Assembly (NCBI GenBank): GCA_965203315.1
Contig: OZ241857.1
Span: 1,760,001 to 1,824,000, forward strand
Source of the DNA: Nitrosopumilus sp.
GTDB lineage: Archaea; Thermoproteota; Nitrososphaeria; Nitrososphaerales; Nitrosopumilaceae
Length of the DNA stretch: 64,000 nucleotides
Reading direction: 5' to 3'
Within the stretch, counting starts at the first letter, position 1. Each line of letters opens with the position of its first letter. Below the pieces are notes generated by a model that saw only the letters and a program-made list of their open reading frames with translations, was not told the DNA's origin and ran no database searches. The position numbers and the translations under genes are program-made. Positions 1 to 10,464 of this stretch are shown here, in pieces.

Positions 1-1029
1 GTGATTCAAGCTGAAGACGAGATCTCGGCGATCGGAATGTTGATCGGTGCTGCATTGACCGGTACACGTTCATCCACATCTACATCAGGTCCTGGATTTG
101 CATTGATGTCCGAAGCTCTGGGTTGGGCTGGTATAAACGAAGTTCCTATAGTGATAACACTCTACCAGCGTAGCGGTCCCTCGACAGGCCTGCCAACTCG
201 ACATGGCCAAGACGATCTATTGTTTGCTGTATTTGCAGGGCATGGTGACTTTCCCAAACTCGTCTATGCATCTGGTGATATCGAAGAGAGCTTTTATGAT
301 ACGGGACGTTGCTTCAACTATGCTGATGTATACCAAGTTCCTGTGGTTCACATGATGGACAAGTTTCTATCCAGCTCTGTCGTAACTTGCAATAGATTCG
401 ATCCCACAAAGATTCCGATCAATCGCGGCAAACTACTTACAGAGATGTCTGGTCACTATGAGCGCTTTGCGTTTACTGATGACAATATCTCACCACGTTC
501 GTATCTGGGACTAGATGATGGTATATTCTGGAATACTGGAGACGAGTCAGACGAGTACGGACACATCACAGAAGATCCTCAACTACGTATCAAAATGATG
601 GACAAACGGATGTCTAGACTGGATCTGATGTTAAAAGATATTCCAAAGGATGAACAGCTAGTCTCATTTGGTGTATCAAAGTATACGATAATCTCGTGGG
701 GTTCTACCAAGGGTCCCATACTCGACGCAATTGCCTTACTAAAGAAAGAAGGAATTGATGTAGGATTTATCCAGATAAAATTAATACATCCATTTCCTGC
801 AGAGACTCTTGATCCGTTACTGCGTGCCGCTGATATTATAATTGATATAGAGGCCAACTATTCTGGCCAGTTAGGAAAGATCTTTATGCAGAATATACGT
901 CGTGATATAGACTATTACATCTTAAAGTATACTGGTCGAGGAATGACCAGTACTGAGGTATATGACTCGTTAAAGAAGATCATACAGAACAAGGCCAAGA
1001 AGCGGGAGATTCTAACACATGGCGCTTAA
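1..1029 (+). CDS. 2-oxoacid:ferredoxin oxidoreductase alpha subunit (5'-truncated by window edge)
   Basis: Motifs [19 protein letters not shown] and [11 protein letters not shown]; overlaps the beta subunit gene. Confidence 0.93.
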   Translation: MIQAEDEISAIGMLIGAALTGTRSSTSTSGPGFALMSEALGWAGINEVPIVITLYQRSGPSTGLPTRHGQDDLLFAVFAGHGDFPKLVYASGDIEESFYDTGRCFNYADVYQVPVVHMMDKFLSSSVVTCNRFDPTKIPINRGKLLTEMSGHYERFAFTDDNISPRSYLGLDDGIFWNTGDESDEYGHITEDPQLRIKMMDKRMSRLDLMLKDIPKDEQLVSFGVSKYTIISWGSTKGPILDAIALLKKEGIDVGFIQIKLIHPFPAETLDPLLRAADIIIDIEANYSGQLGKIFMQNIRRDIDYYILKYTGRGMTSTEVYDSLKKIIQNKAKKREILTHGA

Positions 1030-1981
1030 GCTTGCTGACTACAAGACTGGTGTGCACAACGACTGGTGTCCTGGGTGCGGAGACTTTGGGATCGTTAACG
1101 CAATTCAGATGGCGCTAGCTGAGATGAATATACAGCGAGATAAAGCTGCGATCTTTTCTGGAATTGGTTGCTCTGGCAAGACTTCGCACTATATCAACAC
1201 ATATGGGGTTCACACACTACACGGTCGAGTCTTGACGTTTGCTCAAGGTGCAAAACTCGCAAGCCCCGAACTAACAATAGTCGCTGTTGGCGGTGACGGA
1301 GATGGTCTAGGTATAGGAGCTGGTCACTTTGTTGCAGCTGGCAGGCGAAACGTCGACATGACGTATATCATATTTGATAACGGTGTGTATGGACTTACCA
1401 AGGGTCAGGCATCACCTACACTCAAACTCGGTGAAAAGACCAAGTCACTCCCATCCCCAAACACCAACTATAATGTAAATCCTATTGGGCTTGCAGTTGC
1501 TAGTGGTTTTACCTTTGTTGCTCGTGGTTACTCGTATGATGTGCGCCATCTCAAGGACTTGATAGTCGCAGCTGTTAAACACAAAGGACTCTCGTTTCTT
1601 GACGTCTTACAACCCTGTCCTACATACAACGATATCAACACACGAGATTGGTATGCAGGATCTGACATGGCAGATGAATCTATCAAACGTCACTCTCGTA
1701 TATACAAACTAGAAGACTCTCATTATCGTCCAACAGTTAGATATGGTGATGAAGCAGAAGTAAATGAGAAACTCTCTCAAGCCTTGATAAAGTCACTGGA
1801 ATGGGATACAAAGATACCCACTGGTATCTTTTACCAAAATGAACACATATCGTCATATGCTTCAAGAATACAGACAAAGATACACAACTATCTAGAGAAC
1901 CCACCAAACAAGCAAGTTATAGACGAGGATGGACTTCCTACTACAGACGTATCTGCTATCCTCGACTCACTTGGCGTATGA
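1019..1981 (+). CDS. 2-oxoacid:ferredoxin oxidoreductase beta subunit
   Basis: [19 protein letters not shown]-binding GGDGD...N motif and QPCPTYN. Confidence 0.95.
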   Translation: MALKLADYKTGVHNDWCPGCGDFGIVNAIQMALAEMNIQRDKAAIFSGIGCSGKTSHYINTYGVHTLHGRVLTFAQGAKLASPELTIVAVGGDGDGLGIGAGHFVAAGRRNVDMTYIIFDNGVYGLTKGQASPTLKLGEKTKSLPSPNTNYNVNPIGLAVASGFTFVARGYSYDVRHLKDLIVAAVKHKGLSFLDVLQPCPTYNDINTRDWYAGSDMADESIKRHSRIYKLEDSHYRPTVRYGDEAEVNEKLSQALIKSLEWDTKIPTGIFYQNEHISSYASRIQTKIHNYLENPPNKQVIDEDGLPTTDVSAILDSLGV

Positions 1982-2001
1982 TGCGCCGTGTTGCATGATA
2001 C

Positions 2002-3718
2002 GTAAGCGGTTAGGCTGACAACGATTCTTGCTGTGTGTTGAGCATTTAGGATATTGATGGATTATTTACATGACATACGAACTTACTATCTAGTACGTCT
2101 CTTCAGCAGCCTTTGCCGTGAGAATTCTCAACAATTCGTCTCTAATGCTCAGCCCACGTTTACGACATGTAAAGAAGAACGTAAACAAGATAGACCACGC
2201 ATCCATGCCGCGCTGCGATGTAAAGTGCAGCGAAATGTTGCGATGTATTGCAATTGGCCGCATGTACAGTTCTGTCTCGTTGTTCGTGGGATCCATTCCA
2301 GGATGGTTCACGAATGTAAAGAGATTGGGAGCAGCATTACGCAGCGTCGTCGCAAATTTCTTGTTGCCGAGCTTTTCGTGCTGATCTACAACATCTAATA
2401 CCTGTGCTATTAAATCAGACACATCTCCCGGTGGTCGTCCCTTGGCTATGTGAAATATCTTTTGTAGTCTTTCGTGCAATATTGTAGTTTCATGGCAATA
2501 TAGGGCAGTCTTCATTGCATGTTTTGAATCGATCAATATGTGTGACCAACATCTCTGCGTGTCATCATCCGTCTCGTAACCGCAATATCCATCAACAGTC
2601 TTGCATTTGTTTTTAAACGGTTTGAAATATTCATCTAAAACCCTCGATCCTCGTGTATCTGTTACACGAACGAGAACTGCATCATCTGTGACACATGTCC
2701 ACACATATCCACGTTTGCCTGGTACTTTATGTGGCGTTTCGTCAAATTTGACATTTTCAGAACTTTCAGCTGCTTTCCAGATGCCTGAAACATCGTCTTC
2801 TATTGCGTTAACGAGTGCAAATGTAGCGTTGTTTATGGTTGCTTTAGATGGACGGTAATCAAAAAACTCTAATTGTTTTTGAATCATTCCTTGTGACATG
2901 TTGTTGAATAGTGAAATTCCATGATGGACTAGCATGTTTATGCTCATCTCTGTACCCTTGATCTTGGGAATCTTTTTACTAGTATCCCACTCGTATCCGC
3001 AACCATTACACGTATGTTTATATCCAACATGCGTATTTATCTCGGTTTTTGGCAGAGGTACATCACGAATCCTACACTGATATGATTTGTTGTACGTGAT
3101 ATCTATGCCATGGCAGCCTGGACACGCTGAATCTATGTACGGGACAGTACCTGCTGATTTGTCCGTCTGCGATACTCCTACGTGATTCTCTTTTTGGCCT
3201 ACTTTATTGTAATCCTTTGGATCTATATACGCTGCTATTCTTTCTTGCATTGTAGGTATGCTGTTCTTGGATGATGGATTAAACGGACTCTCATAGTATG
3301 GCATCTTTTGTTGTAACTCTTGATTCTCTTTTGCGTGTGTACATGTCTCTGGTTCACATTGATCTGAATGACCACCTAGTTGTTGTTCAAGTTTACGTTC
3401 CAGTTCTGCAGTTCGCAGTTCTCCTCGTAATATGACGCCTCCCTGCCATTCAATCATATCTAGTGCAATGCGAATTATCTCGTCTTTGTCATCGAGTTGT
3501 GTATGCAACATTGCGATCTCCTCTCGAAGTATCTTCATCTCTGATTGAGGCATGACATTCATAGTTATGTACTAGTATTTACACAGATCAAAAAATAAAG
3601 TTGACACAATGGTAAGCCAAACTAAACACTAATTTTTTCTAATCATGCAGATCGACATGAATTGCATACGTTATCTTGCTCAAAACACCACAAGATCGTT
3701 GTCAGCCTAACCGCTTAC
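2002..3718 (-). mobile_element. IS66-family insertion sequence (single-ORF type), 1717 bp
   Basis: 24-bp perfect TIR GTAAGCGGTTAGGCTGACAACGAT at both ends; 8-bp TSD CATGATAC at 1994-2001 and 3719-3726. Confidence 0.95.
2090..3562 (-). CDS. IS66-family DDE transposase
   Basis: N-terminal coiled coil, CPGC...CNGC zinc ribbon, FDETP, DGY, QRCWSHIL and PTNNETE motifs. Confidence 0.92.
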   Translation of the reverse strand: MNVMPQSEMKILREEIAMLHTQLDDKDEIIRIALDMIEWQGGVILRGELRTAELERKLEQQLGGHSDQCEPETCTHAKENQELQQKMPYYESPFNPSSKNSIPTMQERIAAYIDPKDYNKVGQKENHVGVSQTDKSAGTVPYIDSACPGCHGIDITYNKSYQCRIRDVPLPKTEINTHVGYKHTCNGCGYEWDTSKKIPKIKGTEMSINMLVHHGISLFNNMSQGMIQKQLEFFDYRPSKATINNATFALVNAIEDDVSGIWKAAESSENVKFDETPHKVPGKRGYVWTCVTDDAVLVRVTDTRGSRVLDEYFKPFKNKCKTVDGYCGYETDDDTQRCWSHILIDSKHAMKTALYCHETTILHERLQKIFHIAKGRPPGDVSDLIAQVLDVVDQHEKLGNKKFATTLRNAAPNLFTFVNHPGMDPTNNETELYMRPIAIHRNISLHFTSQRGMDAWSILFTFFFTCRKRGLSIRDELLRILTAKAAEETY

Positions 3719-3766
3719 CATGATACTAACCAACAAGTTATAGACTAGTTTGTAGATATACTACTG

Positions 3767-4198
3767 TTGAATATCACTCAGGCAAATACGATATTTAGAC
3801 AATCGATAATTCGTGGATTCTTTGAACCAGAACTCTTAAAGTTAGATTTTGCAAAGTCACATGTGCGTCACCCTTTAATTAATAGTGATGGCCTTATGAG
3901 GTCTCCTCTACTACACATCTTCTTTGATGTCGAGACAGGTTCAGATTATCCTGACGGTGACGAATGGTTTATAATTGATCTACTCTTTCCATATATGGTT
4001 CAGCTACCAGACTCGCTCAAGGGGACTGATTTTTTTACTACCATACATAATAATGAAGAGACGTTCTGGCATCACCGTGAGCTTGTACGCTACAAGTATG
4101 GTAAGTCAAAAAAGCTTGATGACTCGTTAGAGTTTATCGAGTCCAAGTATTCTCTGTTGTACAAACTGATCGAGCCGTTGGGTAAAGATCTCATGTAA
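3767..4198 (+). CDS. hypothetical protein
   Basis: 143-aa ORF with normal codon usage and an upstream TTATA box. Confidence 0.7.
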   Translation: MNITQANTIFRQSIIRGFFEPELLKLDFAKSHVRHPLINSDGLMRSPLLHIFFDVETGSDYPDGDEWFIIDLLFPYMVQLPDSLKGTDFFTTIHNNEETFWHHRELVRYKYGKSKKLDDSLEFIESKYSLLYKLIEPLGKDLM

Positions 4199-4724
4199 CT
4201 GTATGCCACGAGTCTCCGCGAAACATGTACTGTGCTGTACTCGACGTTGCTACTCCTAAACGCCATCGCGCCGAACTAGTATCGAATTTGTATGTTATCT
4301 CTGTTATGTCTGATGGAATCTTTTCTGGATCGAGGTGATATGGCAACAACTCTAAGACAAAGTCTATCTTTTCTATAGCGTTATCGAACCACTGCTTGTC
4401 TTGACTATCTATTGTGAAGACAATAGTTGGATTCCCTGTAAAACTGATCCTGATCTTTATCGCATTGCTATTTCCTCTACGTCTCTTCATCTCCTTTAGA
4501 ACTGCTTTTACCTTCTCCCATCTCTTAAAGTCGAACCATTGGAAAAACTCTTCATTAAATGCTAACGGGACGTACATGTTGAGTGAGCTTACATAGTTTG
4601 GATCGTCAGCTTGAATCTCTTCTTGAACTATCTTGAAATGTGAGTTTAGAAACCCATACAAGACTTCGATCTCCCATGGTGAGATGCCATAGTATTGAAG
4701 TGTTGTGACTAGTGGCTCTGACAT
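4191..4724 (-). CDS. hypothetical protein
   Basis: 177-aa ORF, convergent with the neighbouring gene. Confidence 0.7.
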   Translation of the reverse strand: MSEPLVTTLQYYGISPWEIEVLYGFLNSHFKIVQEEIQADDPNYVSSLNMYVPLAFNEEFFQWFDFKRWEKVKAVLKEMKRRRGNSNAIKIRISFTGNPTIVFTIDSQDKQWFDNAIEKIDFVLELLPYHLDPEKIPSDITEITYKFDTSSARWRLGVATSSTAQYMFRGDSWHTVT

Positions 4725-5157
4725 GACTCTCTATCCAAGGATAACATATTAAATCTTAAATTAACTTGAGGCTGCGACAATGAATCTTCAAAAGATCTAC
4801 CATGTGACCTAAATCTACACAAGCGTTTCTGTTGTTCCTGTGTTGTCAACCAAAGTCAAACGAACTATGTGCCTGTCATTCATAATGTGTGATTTCTAAA
4901 GGATTTGTGAATATCGCTTTAACGTCCAGATCAACTTTTCAGATCCAATAGAATTAGATGTTAATATTTCTGAAAGACGATTTTTGTAAAGTGATTCAAA
5001 ACCGATATCTGGCTCGAGTCTCTAGAGGCATATCGCATCGTGTCTGTTACGTTACGATCTCAAACCGTGATCATCTGGTTCGTATAAATTCCAACTTTTG
5101 ATGACTTGGTCTTTTGGCATAAATTAAAATTATATTACTAGTTCACATACTATACAT

Positions 5158-5487
5158 ATGAAGAAAGAATTCGTGGTACGTAGTATTGACTCGGCGCCAG
5201 ATGGTGCACCATATGTAGTAGTCTCACTTTCCACACTCAAAGATATTCAAGAAGGTAATGACTCTGCGCCACCTATGGGATCTCAGATGCGAGGATTCAC
5301 CAACATTAATGATATGATGAAAGATATCAACAAGATGCTATCTGGAATGGGTGGATCAGGTATGATGGGAATGCAAGGACAAGTCACTCAACTCAAACTA
5401 GACATGTACGAGTACAAAAAGATGGGAATTGCAGTAGGTGACAAGGTATCTTTAGAGATGACAAAGGTAGAGTCGTTAGGCGTCTAG
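5158..5487 (+). CDS. hypothetical protein (C-terminal AbrB/OB-like GIAVGDKV segment)
   Basis: 109-aa ORF behind a TATA-like box. Confidence 0.65.
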   Translation: MKKEFVVRSIDSAPDGAPYVVVSLSTLKDIQEGNDSAPPMGSQMRGFTNINDMMKDINKMLSGMGGSGMMGMQGQVTQLKLDMYEYKKMGIAVGDKVSLEMTKVESLGV

Positions 5488-5488
5488 C

Positions 5489-6037
5489 CTATATTGTGTT
5501 GATGTACTTCCATCCATACAATGCGCCTATTGTTCCAATAACAAACAGCATTGGCTTCCATGCAAACACTGGTAGACTCGGTGTGGTCAACTTTACTTTA
5601 TAGTTGTCAACTATTCTATGAATGCTCTTTTTAATCTCACTGTGCCATATCTTGTACTCGATCTGATACTTTTTTAGAATCTCCTCTACTTCATATACTA
5701 CTGGTGTTCGCTGTGAGAAGAGATGTTGTAGATAGTCACGTGATACCTCTACTTCGGCATGGATACCGATCAGGCCACGTTTGAGATCAACCATTCTTAT
5801 GTGCATCTCCCACGGCTTTCGCAGTTTCAAGTTTATGCCACTACCAATTTGATCTGGTTGCTTGTGCTCAAACTTTACTTTTGTGAATCCTTCCTTGACA
5901 AAGATCTTCATAAGATCATCGAAACTCTTCTTTACGACAACATGTAGCTGTTCTACTCCGTCTTTGTCTATATCGATCTTATGTGGTCGACCATCTAGAA
6001 ACGAGATAGTCTTGGGATACGTAGTCTGATACTCCAT
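5489..6037 (-). CDS. hypothetical protein with C-terminal membrane anchor
   Basis: 182-aa ORF with hydrophobic tail MLFVIGTIGALYGW. Confidence 0.7.
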   Translation of the reverse strand: MEYQTTYPKTISFLDGRPHKIDIDKDGVEQLHVVVKKSFDDLMKIFVKEGFTKVKFEHKQPDQIGSGINLKLRKPWEMHIRMVDLKRGLIGIHAEVEVSRDYLQHLFSQRTPVVYEVEEILKKYQIEYKIWHSEIKKSIHRIVDNYKVKLTTPSLPVFAWKPMLFVIGTIGALYGWKYINTI

Positions 6038-6220
6038 GTGATAACGACTCGACGGCCTCTATTTAAAATACTACCAATTACAATTTGCAATCTGCTGACC
6101 TATCGACAATTTTTGAGCAAACCCCACTGCATCATCTGTATGTCTATCTAGATAATGTCCGTCACAGCCCTTCTAGATAACAAACGATCTTTTATACTGT
6201 GCAATGTAACATCAGAGACA

Positions 6221-6310
6221 AGCGTTTATTAGACCTAAAAGACGCCATCTCAAATATCGAAATAATGACGGTGGGCGATGAGCTTTCTCGTCATTGCTCA
6301 AGAGAAAGAA
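6221..6310 (+). promoter_or_regulatory. putative structured 5' leader of the DEAD-box helicase gene
   Basis: TTTATA at ~6191; hairpin 6222-6245; competing pairings 6264-6270/6289-6295, 6272-6281/6291-6300 and 6283-6289/6302-6308. Confidence 0.45.
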
Positions 6311-7609
6311 ATGACAAAATTTAAACAACTCGGACTAGGTGATGCAATCCTAAAGGGAATAGATGACTTGGGATTTACAGATGCGTTTCCAATTCAGGAA
6401 GCAGTAATCCCAGTCTTACTCACAGGACGCGATGTGGTGGGACAGGCTCATACTGGATCGGGTAAGACAGCTGCATTCTCGTTATCGATGTTAGACAAGA
6501 TACGACCAAAGAATGGTATTCAAGGACTTGTAATGGTGCCTACAAGAGAACTCGCTATGCAGATCACAACTGAGATTAAAAAGTTTGCCAAGTATACTGA
6601 TATTCGCGTCGCTTCAGTTTATGGTGGTCAAGGGATGGGTACACAACTTGATGCATTAGAACGTGGTGTAGAGATCGTCGTTGCAACTCCTGGTAGACTC
6701 ATCGATCATCTAAAACGCGGTTCTATCGAACTACAAGATGTAACTCACATCGTTCTGGACGAAGCAGATACTATGTTGGATATGGGATTTATAGATGATA
6801 TTCAGTTTATTCTAGATCTAGCTCCAGAGGAGCGAATTATGTCGCTGTTCTCTGCTACGATGCCTATTGAGATTTTGAGACTCTCTGAAGAGTACCTGAA
6901 TAACCCAAAACAGTTTTTGCTTGACGCCGACGACCTAAGTGGCGAGGGCATCGATCAGTCGTATCTGGTAATCAAAGATCGAGACAAGATGAAATATTTG
7001 ATCGATTTTATAAAACAAACTAGTGGTCAATGTATAGTATTCTGTTCCACAAAGTATCGAACTCGTGATGTTGCCAAGTACCTACACAGAGCAAAGTTTG
7101 ACGCAGTTGCAATCGAGGGAGATATGTCGCAGCATCGTAGGGAACAATCTATGTCCAAGTTTCGTAGTGGCAAAGCTAAAATCCTCGTTGCGACAGATGT
7201 TGCGTCGCGAGGGATAGACGTTCCTAGAGTCAGCCTAGTAATCAACTATGATGTTCCCAATCAAGATCTAGCATATTTTCATCGCATAGGTAGAACTGCA
7301 CGTGCAGGAGCCAAAGGTCGAGCGATAACCTTTGTATCCTACTCGTCAGTAGGTGACTGGAATCTGATCAAACGACAGATCAAAGTTCCGATACAAGATC
7401 TCAATGAAGAGATGGGGATCAAGATATCGATCCCTGATCCACTAAAACGCGAAGTACCATCACGTCGATATGGTGGCAACACAAGTTCACGAGGTGGCCG
7501 TTCTAGTAAATATGGCCGACGAGATCACGACTCGAGAGACAATCGAGGTAAGCGATATGGTCGTGGTGGCAATAATCGAGGTCGATACAGAAATCGTAAC
7601 AGATGGTAG
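6311..7609 (+). CDS. DEAD-box RNA helicase
   Basis: Q motif, AHTGSGKT, PTRELA, DEAD, SAT and HRIGRTAR motifs; Arg/Gly-rich tail; start taken as ATG 6311 (MTKFKQLGL). Confidence 0.96.
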   Translation: MTKFKQLGLGDAILKGIDDLGFTDAFPIQEAVIPVLLTGRDVVGQAHTGSGKTAAFSLSMLDKIRPKNGIQGLVMVPTRELAMQITTEIKKFAKYTDIRVASVYGGQGMGTQLDALERGVEIVVATPGRLIDHLKRGSIELQDVTHIVLDEADTMLDMGFIDDIQFILDLAPEERIMSLFSATMPIEILRLSEEYLNNPKQFLLDADDLSGEGIDQSYLVIKDRDKMKYLIDFIKQTSGQCIVFCSTKYRTRDVAKYLHRAKFDAVAIEGDMSQHRREQSMSKFRSGKAKILVATDVASRGIDVPRVSLVINYDVPNQDLAYFHRIGRTARAGAKGRAITFVSYSSVGDWNLIKRQIKVPIQDLNEEMGIKISIPDPLKREVPSRRYGGNTSSRGGRSSKYGRRDHDSRDNRGKRYGRGGNNRGRYRNRNRW

Positions 7610-7767
7610 ACATTTTGATCTTCTATTGGAGATCATCTACATGGGGCCCTAACAGACAAGGCCATTAAATCCCTCATGACTTCCATCTAAGACAAGTGTT
7701 AGATGATACACACAAAGATTAGAAATTATCAAAAACAACAAATGGTACGAATACGCTTCATGTAATA

Positions 7768-7974
7768 ATGTACAAGACCTCTGAGGGATATGTAGCCCAA
7801 TGTACAAACAATCGTGGAATTATTGTAGGTGGAGATATCAAGGCAGAGGTCAAATCTGAATTAAAACAGTTTATCCATGGTTATGCACAAACATTCCCAG
7901 ATGAAAAACATAAATTTTTTAAAAATGACAAGATGGTAAAATTGAGCTTTGAAGATAAACTGGCACCACTTTAA
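7768..7974 (+). CDS. HicB-like antitoxin (putative)
   Basis: Pattern GYVAQC...GIIVGGD..AEVKSELKQFI resembles the HicB RNase H-like N-terminal domain. Confidence 0.5.
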   Translation: MYKTSEGYVAQCTNNRGIIVGGDIKAEVKSELKQFIHGYAQTFPDEKHKFFKNDKMVKLSFEDKLAPL

Positions 7975-8155
7975 AAAAATACTCTTAACTCTTGGATATG
8001 TCGAACGCCCAGATGGTTTGCATGGAATAATATATTTTGAACATTCGACAATGGGTAGGATCGGGATTCAAAAAAGAAACTCGTATCAAACGTTTCAAAT
8101 ACAAAGATATCTTTGCGCGACGAGACCACCCAAGGCGTTTTTTGAACCAATCTAA
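7949..8155 (+). CDS. HicA-like toxin (putative)
   Basis: Small basic ORF overlapping the HicB-like gene; W..FKKILLTLGYVE...G.HG.IYFEH pattern. Confidence 0.45.
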   Translation: MKINWHHFKKILLTLGYVERPDGLHGIIYFEHSTMGRIGIQKRNSYQTFQIQRYLCATRPPKAFFEPI

Positions 8156-8181
8156 AAGAAATGCACGGATCATTGATTGTC

Positions 8182-8355
8182 GGTTTTGTTCAATTGTCTG
8201 GGTTGGCATCTTTTGCACAAAATTCTCGAAAAATTTTGCAAAATATGGAAACGGCCTCATACCATCTATCGTAAATTGTTGCTGTTTTGAGTCAGATATT
8301 GTGCGTTCTTTGAGATGACGTCATAACGATCTCCCCCCGTCAACTGAACAGAACC
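8182..8355. mobile_element. MITE family A, copy 1 (~175 bp)
   Basis: Ends GGTTTTGTTCAATTG...CAACTGAACAGAACC; body homologous to 40804-40980 and, inverted, to 50593-50769. Confidence 0.85.
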
Positions 8356-8608
8356 CTCTCACTGTAAAGATAAACTATCAAAACACAAGTATCGATCTAC
8401 ACTAATTGAGATCAGATCTAACACTACAGTCCAAAGTACAGAGTGATTTAGTCGATGACGCGTTCTAGTAAATACATCCTAGTGTTATAATTCATCAGCT
8501 ATCTGCATCTCTGATTTGTAGACTTGTATCTATGTGATGTACAACATCATGTCAGCATCAATCCGGTTCTAGATTTCTAAAAGTTAAAAAGCAAAGAACA
8601 ATCTATGT

Positions 8609-8863
8609 GTGGTGTTGACTCGCAAAGGATTCATTTTGTTAAACTGTGATTTGGGTGCCGAAGAGTGTGTAGTTGATGAGTTGAAAAAGATCTCAAATAT
8701 TGCTAACGCATATTTGACGTTTGGCGCATATGATGTAATCGCCAATGTCTGTGCAGACGATCAGATCAGCTTTGAGAGAACCATAGCAGAGATCCGTAAA
8801 CTATCTCAAGTTGTAAGTACTGTAACTCTCAATATAGTGGAATCTGGCATGAACAAATCATAG
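8609..8863 (+). CDS. Lrp/AsnC ligand-binding (RAM) domain protein
   Basis: GFILLNC..G.E..VVDELKKI...AYLTFGAYDVIA pattern. Confidence 0.85.
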   Translation: MVLTRKGFILLNCDLGAEECVVDELKKISNIANAYLTFGAYDVIANVCADDQISFERTIAEIRKLSQVVSTVTLNIVESGMNKS

Positions 8864-9005
8864 TCTTAACTCGTGGTTTGTGATGTGCCGTGATCCACAT
8901 CTGGAGTCACATTGGTTACAACAATGAACACGTATGTAGCAGATGCAACAAGGACATTGTAATTAGGAGGTACTCTATTATTAGTAACCAGTCATTATTT
9001 TTACT

Positions 9006-9257
9006 ATGAATCTATTTCGAATAATAGGTTGTGGACTAGTATCTTTATCAATCTATTTTCTATGGCAGTATGTGCTAATCTTGTTCTTCTTGCTATATGA
9101 TGTTTTAAATCTCTTTATCGGTGATGTGAATCTCAGTATAGAGTTTATTGGCGGTATTTCCATTTTTGATAATTTGTTTGGACTCTTGATTGGAATTCCT
9201 ATATTGTTTGCTGGCCTATACATATTCAAACATAGCCAATATGATCGATCAGACTGA
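9006..9257 (+). CDS. small membrane protein
   Basis: 83 aa with two hydrophobic segments. Confidence 0.55.
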   Translation: MNLFRIIGCGLVSLSIYFLWQYVLILFFLLYDVLNLFIGDVNLSIEFIGGISIFDNLFGLLIGIPILFAGLYIFKHSQYDRSD

Positions 9258-9535
9258 TGACGTTCTTGTTACATTATGGGTTCTTTTAATTTGGCGGCGG
9301 TTAGAAATTGAAAAGTTTATCCATGAATTCTAAGTAATAATTCATATGCTGAGATGTAAAGTGATTAAGAACACATACGTAGTTCTTGTTTAATATACAT
9401 ATATAATAAGACAATCAAAAATGCATAACAATTCTAAGTATACAATCGATCAATATGATCACCTTCGCTATGAACTCATAATCTCTCACCATGCGCTCTA
9501 TGGAATAGTTGTTATATTGAGAGATCTAAAATTTA

Positions 9536-9829
9536 TTGTTGCAAAAGATTGAATATGATGCGCCAGTTTGGGTTTTAAACTATAACAATCCTGCTCCCCT
9601 CCTAGATCATGCTATACATATGCTAGAGCGGCATGGTGTAAAGCGTGAGGATATGGAGATTACAGAGACGCCGATTACCAAGGTAGGGGCAATCGTAGTT
9701 GAGATCTGGCCATACGAGCTGGTTGTTGGCAGAGTTCGTTCTGTACGTAATGATTCTTTCATAAGTGGAACCGAATTTACGATAGAGTTAAGACTAGATG
9801 AGAATGGAAACTATGTTGATTACCTTTGA
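9536..9829 (+). CDS. hypothetical protein
   Basis: 97-aa ORF overlapping the next gene (TTGA). Confidence 0.65.
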   Translation: MLQKIEYDAPVWVLNYNNPAPLLDHAIHMLERHGVKREDMEITETPITKVGAIVVEIWPYELVVGRVRSVRNDSFISGTEFTIELRLDENGNYVDYL

Positions 9830-10464
9830 AGCGTAAGATTCAAAATTTGCTAATTGGCGGTATTGCGATAGCAATAGTTGTTGCGATTATATCATACAAC
9901 TATTCGGTTGAGCAGACAAAACAGCGTGGCCTACAATTTGGAATTGAACTAGATCAGATCCAAAATGACATTAAAGATCTCCAGATAAGATTCTACTCTG
10001 AAAAGACAAAGTGGGAAGAAGGCGGTATTACAAAAGCAGATCTATTAGGCTATTATGACACACATTTGATCGAATTTCAATCAATAATATCTAGATACAA
10101 TGATCTCGATCCTCCTCCAACATTTGAATCTTCAGTCGATCTACTCAAACTCTCATCAGAGACGCAATTGAATAGCGATCTCGAGTTTGCGGAATGGATC
10201 AAGACAGATGATGTCGCGGCCAAGATACGTTCAGATACCAAACTCCAACAGTCTCTAAACTACGAACTGATGGGCCTAGTCGAGTTTTATGCAGCAAAGA
10301 CAGGCGTTACGGCACCACAGTCTGATGTGTTATCTGAGATTCGAGAGAAAGCAACTCAAGTATATGACGAGATGGTACTCAACTGTGATCTAATCTCATC
10401 TGAATTTGATAGAGATACTTGCATTATGGATGCGGAGAGATGGAGAGATATACACATTGGATAA
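9826..10464 (+). CDS. hypothetical membrane-anchored protein
   Basis: N-terminal hydrophobic helix followed by a helical domain. Confidence 0.7.
   Translation: MKRKIQNLLIGGIAIAIVVAIISYNYSVEQTKQRGLQFGIELDQIQNDIKDLQIRFYSEKTKWEEGGITKADLLGYYDTHLIEFQSIISRYNDLDPPPTFESSVDLLKLSSETQLNSDLEFAEWIKTDDVAAKIRSDTKLQQSLNYELMGLVEFYAAKTGVTAPQSDVLSEIREKATQVYDEMVLNCDLISSEFDRDTCIMDAERWRDIHIG

Noticed and set aside
2054-2858. Plus-strand ORFs inside the IS66
   Set aside because: They are antisense shadows of the transposase with no recognisable motifs, so not accessory TnpA/TnpB genes
7985-8318. ORFs 7985-8260 (-) and 8037-8318 (+), likewise 50623-50942
   Set aside because: They run through MITE family A sequence; their mutual similarity comes from the repeat, not from a protein family
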